64,000 nt of DNA from Lingula anatina. Its lineage: Eukaryota; Animalia; Brachiopoda. Under the pieces are notes generated by a model. It had not been told where the DNA came from. It did not search any database and saw only the letters and a program-made list of their open reading frames with translations. The position numbers and the translations under genes are program-made. Where the stretch lies: positions 39,686,401 to 39,750,400 of the forward strand of contig CM120641.1 of assembly GCA_051362555.1 (NCBI GenBank). The letters are read 5' to 3'. Of this stretch, positions 1 to 13,572 are shown one piece after another (positions within the stretch are counted from its first letter, which is position 1; the number at the start of each line of letters is the position of its first letter).

Positions 1-3000
1 GCTGACTTCAAGTTTTCCCCTCCAGAGGGCAGAACCCCCTCAGTTACTTTCAGAAATGTGGCCACATTTCATAGCTAAAAATATAGAATTCAAGCTTCAA
101 CAACAGTTGGGAGATGGAGGTAAAGAGCATATTAAATTACAGTCAGGTTTTCCTACAGGTATACATGAAAACCAAATTGCTATTTTCCCAAGAGACGCTA
201 ATAGAAACCGTGAACAGCTTCATGAAGCTTTTAAGAATGGAGATGACAAAAACATAAACCATGTAAATTCCTTTTCTCAACATTTACCTGGGAACAAAAA
301 AGGATGCACTGAAAATCAGAATCTATCAGGGAAAGGTGTCCATTCAAAGGATTTGGTAAGGGAAATTGTTCAGAAAAGAATTGAGTCCAGAACCCCACCT
401 AGAGCTCAGATGAACAGTGTGTCACCAGTAATAGACAAGGAGGGGGCTCCAAATACTAGTTACATGAACAAAATTGAAGCAACTCCCCCCTGTGTGGTAA
501 CTGAGGGGGTAAAGGAGGGGACATTCCATCAAGCACAAACGCAGAGAGAAACTCTGTACAACAACTGGATAAATCCTCTGAATAGCTTTCATCCAGGGAC
601 TCCAAAAGATTCCAGGAACTCATTTACAGGAAACAACGCTGTTCCTGGAATAGATGGATTAAAAGCAAGTATTGAGAATGGACCTGGTCATTTATCTCAG
701 ATGGCCTCTCTTCCAGGGTTCTCTGGGAGAGAGAACAGCCACCAGGTGGAACCTTTGTCAATCCGAGCCAATCCTGGAGACTCTGCAAACACCAACTTCT
801 CCGGTAACAGCAAAGATCAATTTATGTCAGATCACATTCAGCCTGCTTCGACATCCACCCCTCACTGTGATACCACCACACAGCAGGCTGACAACACAAA
901 AGGAAACAATGTTTTAACAACTTCTGGTCCACAGGCACTGTCCTCCTCTGTGCCACCAATGCCAGTCCAGCCCAATGCTTTCATACCGCAGAAAGTGCTC
1001 CAGCCAGCTGATCTGGTCAATGGTGTGCAGGGGTCAGCTGGTGACCAGACTGGACATCTGACCACTGATGCAGTGGCCGATACCCTTGAGGAGCATGACG
1101 AGCTGTTTGAGAGACTGAAACTTAACCAACCTATCAAGGTGCCTGAGTGTGGGTGCCTGGGACCAGAAGGTAGGTTTTACTGTGGTGGAAAACAAAGTTT
1201 TTCTCCTCTAAATGCTTTGAATGTTGATGACTTTTTAGGATGTGTTGAAAGGTCCTTTTTATGGGTTTTCAAGTAGGCACAGTTCCTGTAATATATTTCA
1301 ATACGCTGATTATTACAAATGCAAATTATATAGCAATACCAAAAATAAAGGTAAAAATTTCAACAAAAGCTTACTTCTTTCCTTTTAAGTCTCACAGTAT
1401 TTTGTAAACTGCAACATTTTATGAAGTTTTTAACTTTCTATATGTACCCATGTCTCCACTTGTAGGTGTTAAAGAGAAGGATGAGGGACCATACTACACA
1501 CACCTGGGGGCTGGGTCTACAGTCCAGGCTGTAAGAGAACTGATGGAGAGGAGGTAGGTAATAATTGATGGGAGACAGGTAGGCAGTACTCACTTAATGA
1601 GAACAAAAAATCATAGTTATGTCTTTATATGTCATTTCATATGAAAAAAATTGTATCTTTACGGTGCTTACTCTCTGTTTGATGTTTAATTGACATGTCA
1701 ATGTTGTATGAAATATCTTAATGGTTTAAACTCTAAATATATTGTTTCACTGATGGGTCACGTGTTACATGATAATTTTGCCACCAGAATGATATCACTT
1801 TATTGACATGAAGGTTACTTATAACTGGTGGTATATGAATTTGGTTATTTGATACAATTTTCTTTCATATGAATGCTTAAATAAAGAACAAGGGTTTCAA
1901 AATCAAGGTACAGGTAACGAAGTCACCTTTAAATTCATTATGAATCATTTTATAAACCAGGTAGAAATTTCTGCAGGTAATAGTAAAATGCATAGCTTTA
2001 TGAGGTAGGAATAAAATTACACTTGTAATGTGAGCCTCAGGTTATTTTGCTTCTCATTAGCATCAGGTTATTGAAATGAGAGAGTTATTTAGCATGTAAT
2101 CCTAGCATATAAGGAATTTCAGAACATGCAAGATATTTAATGCTAAAAGATTTATCACACATTGGTTTTTGATAAGTCCATTGATGCAGACTGACCTATC
2201 ACATGAGTGTTAAAATACCAAGAGAAATGGTATTGTCAACATATATGAAAGTGCAGAGGGCAGGAAAAGTGCTTTTCACAAAACATTGTCACATCTAACA
2301 TATTTTCTTGATGTTCTTAATATATTTTTGTTATTGAGTTGAGCATTATTTTGCTGAAATATCGTAAAGAATTATGTCATTATCTGTAATATTCCAAAAT
2401 GTTAGGTGAGGTAGATCAGACAAAGAAATATCGAAGCCTAGGAAAGACTGTCAAAAATCAGGCAACAGATTAGAAATTTGTTTGGAGTAGACACAAGAGA
2501 AGGGAGGTAGTACTCAACCTTAAAGATTCATATGAATGTTCTCTGTCTCTCAGCATAAGAGTGTCTCCCACTCTGTGTGCATAGCTATAATCACCATACA
2601 TTATCACTCCCTTTGTGTGATACTTATCAGGTGTCACTCCATCGTAAAACCTTGCCAGTACTGGATAACGTGACAGGCTGATAATATCTTTATCAGGCTA
2701 ACTGAACAAGGGACAGGCATGTTCTTTCAGCTGACTGCTAATGAGAGATTTGATGAAACTGAAAGCAAGAACCCTAGTTACATTTTGATGTATGTTTGGC
2801 TGTGTAATATACAAATTAAAAGAGCAAGTCTCAAGAAAAACGATAAAGTCACTCTAGCTGACCTCTTTGCCATTTTTATAAAGGTTGGCAGGACTAACTG
2901 CTAGTGTATAACACCTGTAGCCTCACTTGCTGATTAAAGCATCTTGATTAATTCGGTGTTTCAAGAATGTAAGTTGTCTGCTCACCACATCCCTATGTAT

Positions 3001-6000
3001 TCATGCATCTGTTTATTTTTAGTGACTCAGTACTTTATTGATTTTTATTTTGAGGTATTGAAATCTTAAGAGTGATGATATCTCTGATTTTTAACTGTTT
3101 GAAAATTTCAGTATTGTAAACTTTGCTTTTCTATTTGTTTTGAGATGATCTTTTGTCATTTGCAGTTTAGGTTAAGTTTAATATTTATTTTTGAAGAGAA
3201 AGGCAATTTGTTTATCATCATGATTTTACACACAATTATAAAGAATAAATTAAAGGGATATCATTATCCTTCTGGTGGTTATTTTTCTTATAAAAAAAAT
3301 AAAACCACACACTTTACACATCATAATGAAGAAAGGAACTTGTACTTAATGGCTTAATCCTGCTCACTGTTATTCTAATTTCTATATAAATTTTTTTCTA
3401 ATATAATTGTGTGCCATAAAGGAATTAATTTTTTAACATGTGAAGATGATATATTTTACAATCATTATTGCAGCAAATTTCACAAGACTAGGTATAAAGA
3501 TGGTTTATAGACCAGCCTAGCCTAGCATATGATTGTGTCTGTTGTCGAGATTCGGCAATAAAATGACCTAATGTCATATTTTATATCCCGATGTTTTCTG
3601 TGTACTTAAAGACTTTCCATGCTATGTTAATTTATTTCAGGTTTGGAATGGGTGGCAAAGCAGTACGGATAGAAAAGGTCGTATACACAGGGAAGGAGGG
3701 AAAGAGTAGTCGGGGGTGCCCTGTTGCTAAATGGGTATGTTATTGGTAGTGTATGGAGAAATGTGGTGTGTTAAGGCTGTCTGTATTATACATGGAAGAT
3801 AGAAAGAGGAAATATGTGGACAGAATGTGTCATGGATTCTTAACACGAATAACATGCAGCTGAAAGCTTAATGACATAAATCGTGTCTTAAACATTAAAT
3901 AGTCCTGTTGTATTTAATACCAGTATTGTCATACTAAATGGTGCTCTTTTTATTTCTTGAACAGAAAAAGCACACTATTTAAGTTCTGCCTTTTGATAGA
4001 TAAAAAACCACACCTGATAACGTAAACTGCTTTTTGAAGCTGCATTTATTACCATTGGTATTTCAGATATTACGCAGGTCAGGCCCAGAGGAGAAAGTTC
4101 TTACTGTTATTCGCCATAGGGCCGGTCACCACTGTGATACCGCTGTCATTGTCATAAATATTGTATTATGGGAGGGTATCCCCAGCCCACATGCAGATGA
4201 CCTGTATAATTATTTACGCTCAACTGTAACTGACAATGGTTTTGAAACAGAACGCAGGTGTGGAACTAATGAAGAGTAAGTATATCATGAAATTGTGTCC
4301 CTTTTTATGCAGGGTTATAACATATTTTGCCTACTTCTAGGTAATAAGAAGAGCAGGCACCGAGGAAAAGGTTTTGTGTGTGGTAAAAAGAAGAGCGGGT
4401 CACTTTTGTGAATCGGCAGTTATAGTAGTCAGCATAGTATTATGGGAAGGTGTCTCTGAGGAGCAAGCAGGTTCCTTGTATGACTACATGATCCATACCC
4501 TGCCTGAGTGTGGGTTTGAAACTGATCGGCGTTGTGGCACTAATGTAGAGTAAGTTATTTCCAGATCTCCTGCCTGCCTGTCCCGCGGCCCTCATAGCAA
4601 TGTTCAAAAGGTGTACATGGATGTGGGTAGGTGGTTGTGGAAGTTTGTCAAACTGGAGATTTTGCTTATTGTTGCATCCTCAAACGTATCGCCATATACT
4701 TGCCTCAAATATAAATACGAAGACAAGGTTGGATTGTCCTATAATGGAACATTACAAAATAAAGGGGAAAAAAAATTATGGGCATTGTAAAGATGTAGCT
4801 ATATGGTAGTGGTAACCTAAACTAATGTACTTGTACCTGGATGTCTGTCCATCTTGGTGACCCAGGGGCTTATCACTATCATTGTGACAGCAAAGTTTTT
4901 CTGAAAAGGTTGAGAAATATAGTCCTTTGATCGGGTACCTGGAAATGCAGCTTCCCAATCAGAGTCATTTACCAGTGATTTTAAGATAAACTGAACTAAC
5001 TAACTGCTGTACAAGAGGAGTTACTATGTGCTACAACATTGCGAGTTTGTCACCTGACATCTCAGGTAAGGGGAATATGACTGTTGTTAGTTCTACAAAG
5101 GCTAATGTAAGGTAGACATTACAAGATTATGCATGAGGCCCCATTATACTTGTCTGGACATTAGATACACTGTAGGGCAGCAAAAACATACCCACCTTTT
5201 TTGGAAGAGTTTAAAATAACGACACAATTTAAGCTAGATAAAAAAAGCATTCTACAAAAGTAATTTTTTTTTTACAATATCTTTGATTAAACTACAGTCT
5301 GTTTTGGTATCCGTAAATATAACTAAGGGTTCACAGTAAGTGGTGTATGTTGTTATTCATAGAAATTCAATTACTAGAAGCCGTTTAGTATTTAGAAAAC
5401 TTGTTAAGATGAGTATTTCTCTGTGATACGAGCTTGTTTCTCAAGTAGAGGGAATCTGATCAACAGAAACCGTACATGTTACAAAGATTTTCTAGCATTT
5501 TTTTGTGTGAAGACTTATTTTTTAAACCTGCTTGCATGAAAAATCTCCAGTCAAAGACAAACTGCACAACCATATTATACATGGGTCTTAAATTACATGA
5601 AAATGTTGAAAAGTTTGATACTTCAAATAATAGCATATCTGTTTGCTATATTTCTTCTGCACAAGGCCAGTTGAAATCACCATGTTTCTATCTGCTCCAC
5701 CATGTGCCCATGCTTTATACCTATTTACAGCTTTGCTTGTGCTTCAGCTCATTTGCACATTTTATGATAAATGTTTTATTCTATATTTGTGTATAATTTG
5801 AAACTCTTTTATTCAGGCAAGAATCACACGCTCATGATGGTCACACATGCCTACACGCACACACACTGACATACGGATTTGTGTTTATTTACATAAATAG
5901 AACAGCAAGACATCGTGTATTTTATTTGTAACATGTTAGTTGAATAACACTGAACCCCAAGTTGCTACAAATCAAGTTATCTTATACAACTCAGTTTAAG

Positions 6001-8392
6001 GAAAAGGGGACCAGAAAAAAATTTGATTGGTTTATTGAATGAAAAAAATCTATATTTTCTTATTTATGTTATCTTACCATCTAATTAAGTAGATAACATT
6101 GACATTATCTATTTGTGCTGTGTATTGAGATGGATATCTTTGATAAGATATTTGCTATTTGTCTGTGTCTTTAGGAGAACTTGTGCATGCCAAGGCTGGG
6201 ATGACGACCGCAGGGGAGCCTCTTTCTCATTTGGCTGCTCCTGGAGCATGTACTACAATGGCTGCAAGTTTGCCAGGAGTAAAGTGGTTAGAAAGTTTAA
6301 ACTCAAGTGTCCTGATCATGTGAGTATTGACGTCTTCTATTACATGCAGCTTGGAAGGAGTTGGTAGTACAAGCATGGAAAATTAATAATCAGTGGCATT
6401 TGAATATCATCATGCATTGTGTGAAAAGAATATTTTGGTACTTCACTCATACAAGTTTGTTTAGATATCTTTTGAAACAATTTTGAGTAAGATATTTATG
6501 CAGTGTAAGAATATACCAGAGTTGCAAGCAATTGTACATTACCGTTTTCCTTGTTTAAACTATGTAGTTGTACCTTTGTTTTTCTAGGAAAGTAACATGG
6601 AGACGAGGATGCAACACCTGGCTGACCATGTAGGTCCACTGTACAAACAAATGGCTCCAGATGCCTACAACAACCAGGTGGGAGAGACAGTTTTACTGTA
6701 CATTTCATACACACATTGTGCATCTACAGGTGGCACATTTGTCACTGGGAATATTACTGTAAATCTCGGATGTTCACTTATCAGTGCTTGTAAAAAAACT
6801 TCAGGACCTGTTATAATAGACAGTAGATGTAGATTTTGTTACCACAAAGTTGAAGTGTGTAATCCAAAGCAAGTTGTGGCTGCAAATTTGCTTTTTACTA
6901 TGGAAAGAAGAGTATTTAGATTGCTACTTTAATTTGGTTATCTTAAAAATAATTATGATTAAGGTTTAATCAGCCATTGTATATATATATGGTAAAAAGA
7001 TTTAAGAGGGTTATTATATTTCTCATGTAAGAAAAGAAACTTAATAAAACTAGATGAAAGAAAAAATTGAAATTCATCGACTATGTACAATGTTTTGGTA
7101 TTAACTTCCATCTTGTTTTGCACCCAGGTCCAGTTTGAGAACCAGGCTTTGGAATGCAGGTTGGGAAACAACCCAGGTCGGCCATTTTCAGGGGTCACAG
7201 CTTGTGTAGACTTCTGTGCTCATGCTCACAAAGATGTACACAACATGAATAATGGAAGCACTGTGGTAGGTTTTCTGTATATGATATTTTGTCATTGTAA
7301 AAGCAACTTTCATTTGTTTGCCTTTGTTTTCAAATAAGTACGGCTGGAAATACATTGTCACTCATTTGATGTGCCAGTAAACCCTACTGAAACAAGTGGA
7401 GTAAAATGGAAAAAGGAAATAGGGATATCCTGTTTGCCACTTACCTTTGCTTATAAATAAATTAAAAGTCAAACATATTCCTTTGTATCTCTTCATTTTC
7501 AGTTGAAATTGCATTAAGGCTGAACAGTTTTGATGGACCCAAAATTTTGACGCAAACTTTAGTTTGCATATGTAAACCACTGCTGGTGTTGTTTTTACAG
7601 GTTGTGACTCTTACCAAGCACCGTGGCTTTGAGAAACCAGATGATGAACAACTCCATGTTTTACCTCTGTACAAATTAGATGCTGTTGGAGAAGATGGGA
7701 CCTTTGATGAAACGAGAAGAAAGATTGCATCTGGGGCCTTGGAAGTGTTGACTAAGTACCCGATGGAGACCAGAGTGCGGGCAGTGCCCCTCACACCTTG
7801 TAAGAAGAGAAGTAAAGACAGAAAGTCTAAAGATAGCCCAGGCCGTAGAAAATTGTCACCAGTGAGAGTCAAATCTCCTGCGCATCTGAATCAAAGCAGT
7901 CCTTTGGCACAGAAAGTTGTTGACAAAGTGAAAGCAAAAAGGAAACCAAAGAAATTGGAGATGAACAAGGGATCAAACTGGGAAGGTTACTCTGACGGCA
8001 ATGCAAAGATATTTAAGAAAGAAATGGTCCCGCAACAGTATCAGAAGGAGCAGGACCGCCAGCTAGCAGAATGGCAGGCACAGATGGGGCTACGGCCTAT
8101 GTATCCAAATGTGATGATGCAGCAAACAGCCATGATGGGGGGAGAAATGCCCCAAGTCCACCCTCAGTGGGGGTTCCCTATGATGCCCATGCACCCACAT
8201 GTACAGCAAGGGTTTCCAATGGGGGGCAACATGATGAATTATGGAGGATTTCCACATTGGCCAGCAGGTCTACCTAGTATGGACAACATCCATAAAGATC
8301 AGGCAAATCAACAGAATAAAAATAAGTTAGGGCATTCCATTGATCAGCTTCTCCAGGCTGGAAATAACCCAAATCTTCATCCCCATCTTCTT

Positions 8393-8424
<32 letters not shown>

Positions 8425-10048
8425 ACAACAACAACAACAACAACAGTACTTAGAGAGACAACAGCACCTGGTAGAACAGCAACAACATCATCAGGGTCAC
8501 CATCAGATTAATAATATGCAACATACTAACAATTTAATCAACAAGCTGAAACAAGAAAATATCCAAGCCAGTCGATCTGTACCGACCTCACCACTGCATT
8601 CCAATATTAAGCATGAAATTCCAAGTCCATGTCATCTTGCTATGCAGCAACAGCAGAAGCAGGGCTGGCCACAGGGTACTTTTCCACAATACCGACAAGA
8701 GAATGCCCAACAAACTGTAAAACAAGAACCAATGAATGGAAACCGACCAGATTATCCCCTTTCTCAGTTAGGCCAGCATGCAGAGACACAACACATGGCT
8801 TCACATCCTGGATCACAGACACCAGCAGGAGGGAATTCTTCTGGCCAGCAGGTGACAGTAGGAACTCATGTTACTGGCCAGCAGATGGCAGCAGGCACTC
8901 ATGGCACTGGTCAACAGATGGCAGCAGGAACTCATGGTAATGGCCAACAGATGGCAGCAGGAGGTTGTGGTACTGGGCAACAGATAGCAGCAGGAGCTCA
9001 TGTTACTGGCCAACAGATGGCAGCAGGTGATCATGGCAAAGAACAACCAAAGGCTCCTGGTACCAGCCACCAGATGGCAGCAGGACTCTCACCACTTGAT
9101 CTGTTGACCATGGCTGTGGAAATCCAGTCTAGAGATCTGGAAAACAAACGTGGACATCCTGAAGTTAACAATAGACTGGTGAATCAGAACTTTCCAAAGG
9201 GTGCCATTCAAGGTGATATAAAATCTGAGATTCCCCAACAGTGTTCGCTGAGAAGCAGCTTACCTCAGGAGATCAGTAATAAAGCAATATATGATCAAAG
9301 TCAGAATACTGCAGCAGCGCCATTAGCTCAGGGCAGCAGCAACTGCAATATGCAACAACAGCCAGTTGCTGATCATCATCTTGCAAATGCTAACAATTAT
9401 ATTCCATCAGCTAACAACACTGCCATTCAAAATACTATATTTGATACCAATAACAAGAATCAACATGATAATAATCAGTATTTATCAGGTCAACCCCCTA
9501 CCTTACCTTCTGTGCCAGTGGACAATACCCCTAAGGACTTTGAGTATCACTCTGACAATGAGGAAGTCTTTCATGATGAGGAGGTGGGTGGGGTTGCCAT
9601 TGCTCTTTCTCATGGGTCTATATTATTTGAATGTGCAAAGCGAGAGCTTCATGCAACCACGGCATTGAAGAACCCTAACCGGCATCATCCTACCAGGATT
9701 AGTTTAGTGTTCTATCAACATAAAGCTATGAATAACCGATACCATGGTTTGTACGAGTATGAGCGGAAGCTGGAGATGTGGAAAGAACGGCGTATGAAGA
9801 AACGTTTGGAGGCTGGACAACCAGAACCCACAGACAATGAAAAGGCCGAAGCCTTACTTGGAATACAGGGAAAACGTAAGAAGAAGTCTGCAGAGGAGGA
9901 GAAGAAATTGAAGTTCAAACCACCCGTATATAGGTATATGTGGCCAGCTCCTCTTAAGATGTCTAGTACAGCCACCACTGATACAGTGGTGACACGCTGG
10001 ATAAAACCACAAACCATGGTAACGGGTCCATATCAGAAGTGGGTGTAG
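1..10048 (+). CDS. TET: TET methylcytosine dioxygenase, 3' part (5' end upstream of window). Exons: <1-1169, 1466-1553, 3641-3734, [4067-4275 or 4341-4549], 6175-6319, 6588-6677, 7128-7265, 7601-10048
   Basis: GT-AG exons join in frame. Cys-rich region motifs: [70 protein letters not shown] motifs: [19 protein letters not shown] (Fe-binding HxD), [38 protein letters not shown]-terminus TGPYQKWV. All match recalled metazoan TET motifs. Confidence 0.96.
4067..4275 (+). CDS. TET: TET Cys-rich-domain exon, copy A (209 nt)
   Basis: tttcag|ATATTACGC...GAAGA|gtaagt; encodes [37 protein letters not shown]...[11 protein letters not shown]. Confidence 0.93.
4341..4549 (+). CDS. TET: TET Cys-rich-domain exon, copy B (209 nt; putative mutually exclusive alternative to copy A)
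   Basis: ttctag|GTAATAAGA...GTAGA|gtaagt; open frame [37 protein letters not shown]...[11 protein letters not shown]; same length and phases (0/2) as copy A; 40/70 aa identical by manual alignment. Confidence 0.88.
8393..8446 (+). repeat. CAA/CAG repeat encoding Q18 in the TET low-complexity insert
   Basis: 18 consecutive CAA/CAG codons. Confidence 0.95.
8843..9040 (+). repeat. Coding minisatellite, 6 x 33 nt (GQQMAAGxHxx) in the TET insert
   Basis: GG(C/T/G)CA(G/A)CAG recurs at 33-nt period from 8843; a partial seventh copy (HQMAAG) follows near 9068. Confidence 0.9.
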
Positions 10049-11721
10049 ATTTGCATACTGAGTCAGGAGAAATGGTGTTCCATCATAAGATTTAAGTGTT
10101 CTTTTTGAATGTAGAAACTTCACTCTGTTTAGCTGACGGTGTTAGATATAAGAGATTGAGCGGTTTTTAACCTCGTGCAAAGAGATATTTTTATGTCCAA
10201 ATTTTAGATTCCTTGACAAAGGACGTAATTTGCATGGCTAGTGGCCATGTTTGTATCAGGTTCAAAGGACATCATCACAGTGTATAGATCTGTGGTTTGG
10301 TGACATTTCTCAAAGATCTCAAATTTTTTATCAGCAAATTGTACACAGAGGATTAATTTATTTCCATTTGTATGAGTGTTGTAGTGTACTTATACCACTG
10401 ATTGTGGTAGGTGTGGTGTTTCAGGACATTGTAACAGTTGAGTTGAGCACAACAACTAAGTTTTGTTAAATGGTATATTGCCTGTAAACATAATTATTTT
10501 CAGTATATAATCTGAAGTCAGCTTTTGTTTCTCTTTCTATATGTGGGAGACTCCGATGATATATCTGTTGATTAAGTCATGGATTTGTCATGTTTTTGAT
10601 AGTCTTTCATTCTGTTTGTTGATTTTAGCTTTTGTTTATCTTGGATGTTGAGATGTATTCATATGAGATTGAGATGTTCATAGTTTTTTATAACTGTTTT
10701 TATAGTTCTTATATGAAACAGTACTTTTATAGACCATGGGACATCTTCCATTGTGTTTTGTTATTTATTCACTGAATGGGGAGAAGGGTTTATGGGGTGC
10801 ACTTGTTGGTTTTAACTGATTTTTTAGAAATGTTGTAAAAGAAACCCTTTTTGACTGGTAGATTTCCATTGTCATTTACTGTAGTTTAGATGGTAGTTAT
10901 ATCTTAAAGAGTTAGAAGTTTTACCCATGGATTCCTTGTTTGAAGATGTTACATTTTAACCTTATACACAATTGTTTCTTCAACTATCTTCTCCAGATAG
11001 GCATCAACAACAAAATAATAGGCATTTACAAAAATAAATCTTAATGTTATGATTATATACAACCTAACTTGATGAAAATCAAGTTTTTGAATTATATATC
11101 AGGGTTCTTGATACTTTGTAACTTTATACAACTAACCAGTAATAATAAACAATGCATAGCATATGTAAAGTATATTTTGTAATCACTGCCAATATCAATG
11201 TTTACCAAGAGTAGAACTCAAATTCTTAGATAATTATGTATAGTTTTTATCGATTCTGAAACCTAACTTATATGGATATATTCACATAATGTGTTCAGTA
11301 AGTATATCTTTGTTTGTGGTGTATAGCAATTTGATCTCTAAGTTTTGTTTTGCTCAAAAGACTTGTGCTACTTGGTTGTTTCAAGGTGCAAGATATGATG
11401 AAGGGTCAATCACTTCAAAACTCTAAAACCATCAACATGTTCTGGTCACTATCGGGACCAGCATGCTGTGCTTATAAGAGATTGCTACTACAACTTTGAG
11501 ATGTGTGGACTAGTAATTATATTTTAACTATTTTAGGTTGACATTATCTGTTGATTATAATTCTGTTTCTGGATGTGACATGCTCTTGTATTTTTTTCAG
11601 TGTAAATTTGTAATTTTAGATCACCAATGGTAAATTTATTTGTAAATAATTTGTATGTTATCTATGTGTGCATTATGTTTTTGTCGGGTATTTTAATAAT
11701 CGTACACAAAATCTTTGGTGT

Positions 11722-11727
11722 AATAAA
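11722..11727 (+). promoter_or_regulatory. Candidate TET polyadenylation signal (AATAAA)
   Basis: AATAAA followed by GT/T-rich sequence at the end of a T-rich 3' UTR-like region, where CpG depletion ends. Other AATAAA copies lie near 11033 and 11144. Confidence 0.45.
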
Positions 11728-12654
11728 ATGTATTGGTACATGCAACATATTAGTTGTTTGTTTCTGCAGAAGCATTGCTTTCAGAATATATTCCGTGTCG
11801 TGATCAATATATATATTTTTTAATTTGCGGTGCTGTGTGCAATTTAGTGGTTTTCGTCATTTATAGTGTTTGATGAAAAAGTCCATGCAAAGGTTTGCTT
11901 TTGAATCAAATTCGTATTTTTATTGTGCCGTCGTAATTTTTAATGAAAAAAAGTATCCTGTACACGAGGCAGTATTTCGACTTGTGGGATAATATTAGCA
12001 GATCTCCAGCATTCAGCTGGGTGCTCATATTGCAGTATAGATGCAAATCTGTAGATACAAGACTCCAGTACAGACAACTTACATATCTTAGAAATGATAC
12101 TAAAATTGTAATGTAAAGACTTATACGACATATTCTTTTTTTACCACACCTTTTGCAGTAAATGGATTTTGTCAAGAGACGCTTAATTTTGTGAGATGCT
12201 TCATTGAGACGGACTTGAATCGCTTTCTCGTTGCCATTTCTTAAACTATCTTTAAATGTGTGCAATTTTGTTCGACAAATATTAATCTTGTTGAAAAGCC
12301 TTCGATGTTTATTTTGATTTTTCTTCACAATTACTGCAGTTACTACGTGGAATCTAAGATGTATGGTGCCGTTCAGTTCGGCTTTATTTTGGTAACAAAT
12401 CGTTAACTATACCTTTTCAGGGGTGGTAAATGGAATTTCTGTCTTGGACCTTTCCTTCCGCTATCGTTGTGTAAAGCCTATCTTCGTAAGGTGAAAATTC
12501 ACCCCTCCCCCCCCCCCCCCCTTAGTTTAGTAAAGCAATAACTGGTGCTTAAGCCATACAACTCGGTAGGCAAGCAATACGTGTAAGTGCATGAAATTTG
12601 TGGCGTTACAAAAATCATCACTTCGCTGAAAACTCCAGTCTACTATGAACAAAT

Positions 12655-13110
12655 ATGAAATGTAAATATAAATGTAAATAAGTTTATTAAAACATGGCAA
12701 CCAAAAGATTGAAGTTATACATAAAATGGAGTGAGAATAAAATTTACAAATTAAAATAATGATATACAGGTATAATATAGGATATGCGAACAGAACTTAA
12801 TGAGATAAAAAGGATAAATTAAAATAAATGAATAAAATAAATTTTTGCACAGGCATCTGAAAGTTAGTGTAAAAGAGGATGGAGTAATGATAATTAAATA
12901 CAATAAAGGCCAAAATAATTTTTGAAAGTAAAAGTTAGACCACTAATGGTTTAACAAAGAGAAAGAAATAAAAGTGTTTTTAAAACGTTCAGTGACTTCT
13001 ATTTCAGACTATTGTTTTATTTGATGGGATTTCTGCAGATTAATGCTGAATTGAAAAATACAAAATTTCTGGTCTAGATTCTAAGTCTGATGTTCATTTT
13101 TTTTCTTGTG
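12655..13110 (-). mobile_element. Possible decayed 3' end of a LINE (CR1/L2-like)
   Basis: Minus strand has a degenerate SLNVFKNTL-like stretch resembling LINE ORF2 C-termini, then AATAAA and a short tandem (TTTACAT/TTTATAT) tail. Recognition is weak. Confidence 0.3.
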
Positions 13111-13523
13111 AAACTGTGCTAAAGGACGAGTAGAGCCGACGGTATATGCGAGCAATTTCAGCGTTAGCCGGTGTAACAGGAATTGCAGTTAAGATTTTTT
13201 GAGGCACATGTCACCCCAATCACGTGACGTGTGGCTTACTCCACACTTTCGTGCTGTTGTGTCCTTTGATACAAGAATAATGACACAAGGATAAAAATCA
13301 GTGTCATGGAAAATTATATTTATCTTTTTTTTTTGGGGGGGGGGGGGGACGGAGATGAAAATCAGCGACTGTGCCTTCCCTTGGACCCATCATCTACAAA
13401 GGTTCCATGGTTATGTGAATCTATATATAGGCCCTACTTTATATATATTTACAACACATATCTCTCGATTAAAAGAGTTTTCAAGGGATTTTCCAATCTA
13501 TAATAGGGAGCATTGACATCAAG

Positions 13524-13572
13524 TTTTATTTTATTTTATTTTATTTTATTTTATTTTATTTTATTTTATTTT
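13524..13572. repeat. (TTTTA)n microsatellite
   Basis: About 10 perfect pentamer units. Confidence 0.9.

Noticed and set aside
2600-2860. Cluster of GATA-type motifs in a TET intron
   Set aside because: Short motifs are expected by chance in AT-rich DNA; no conservation data.
4980-5071. Strong CAG|GTAAGG donor at ~5065 in a TET intron (third duplicated exon or poison exon?)
   Set aside because: No similarity to the 209-nt exons and no convincing upstream acceptor.
11906-12328. 140-aa minus-strand ORF between TET and KCNH
   Set aside because: No recognisable domain or splice structure; likely a chance ORF or decayed TE.
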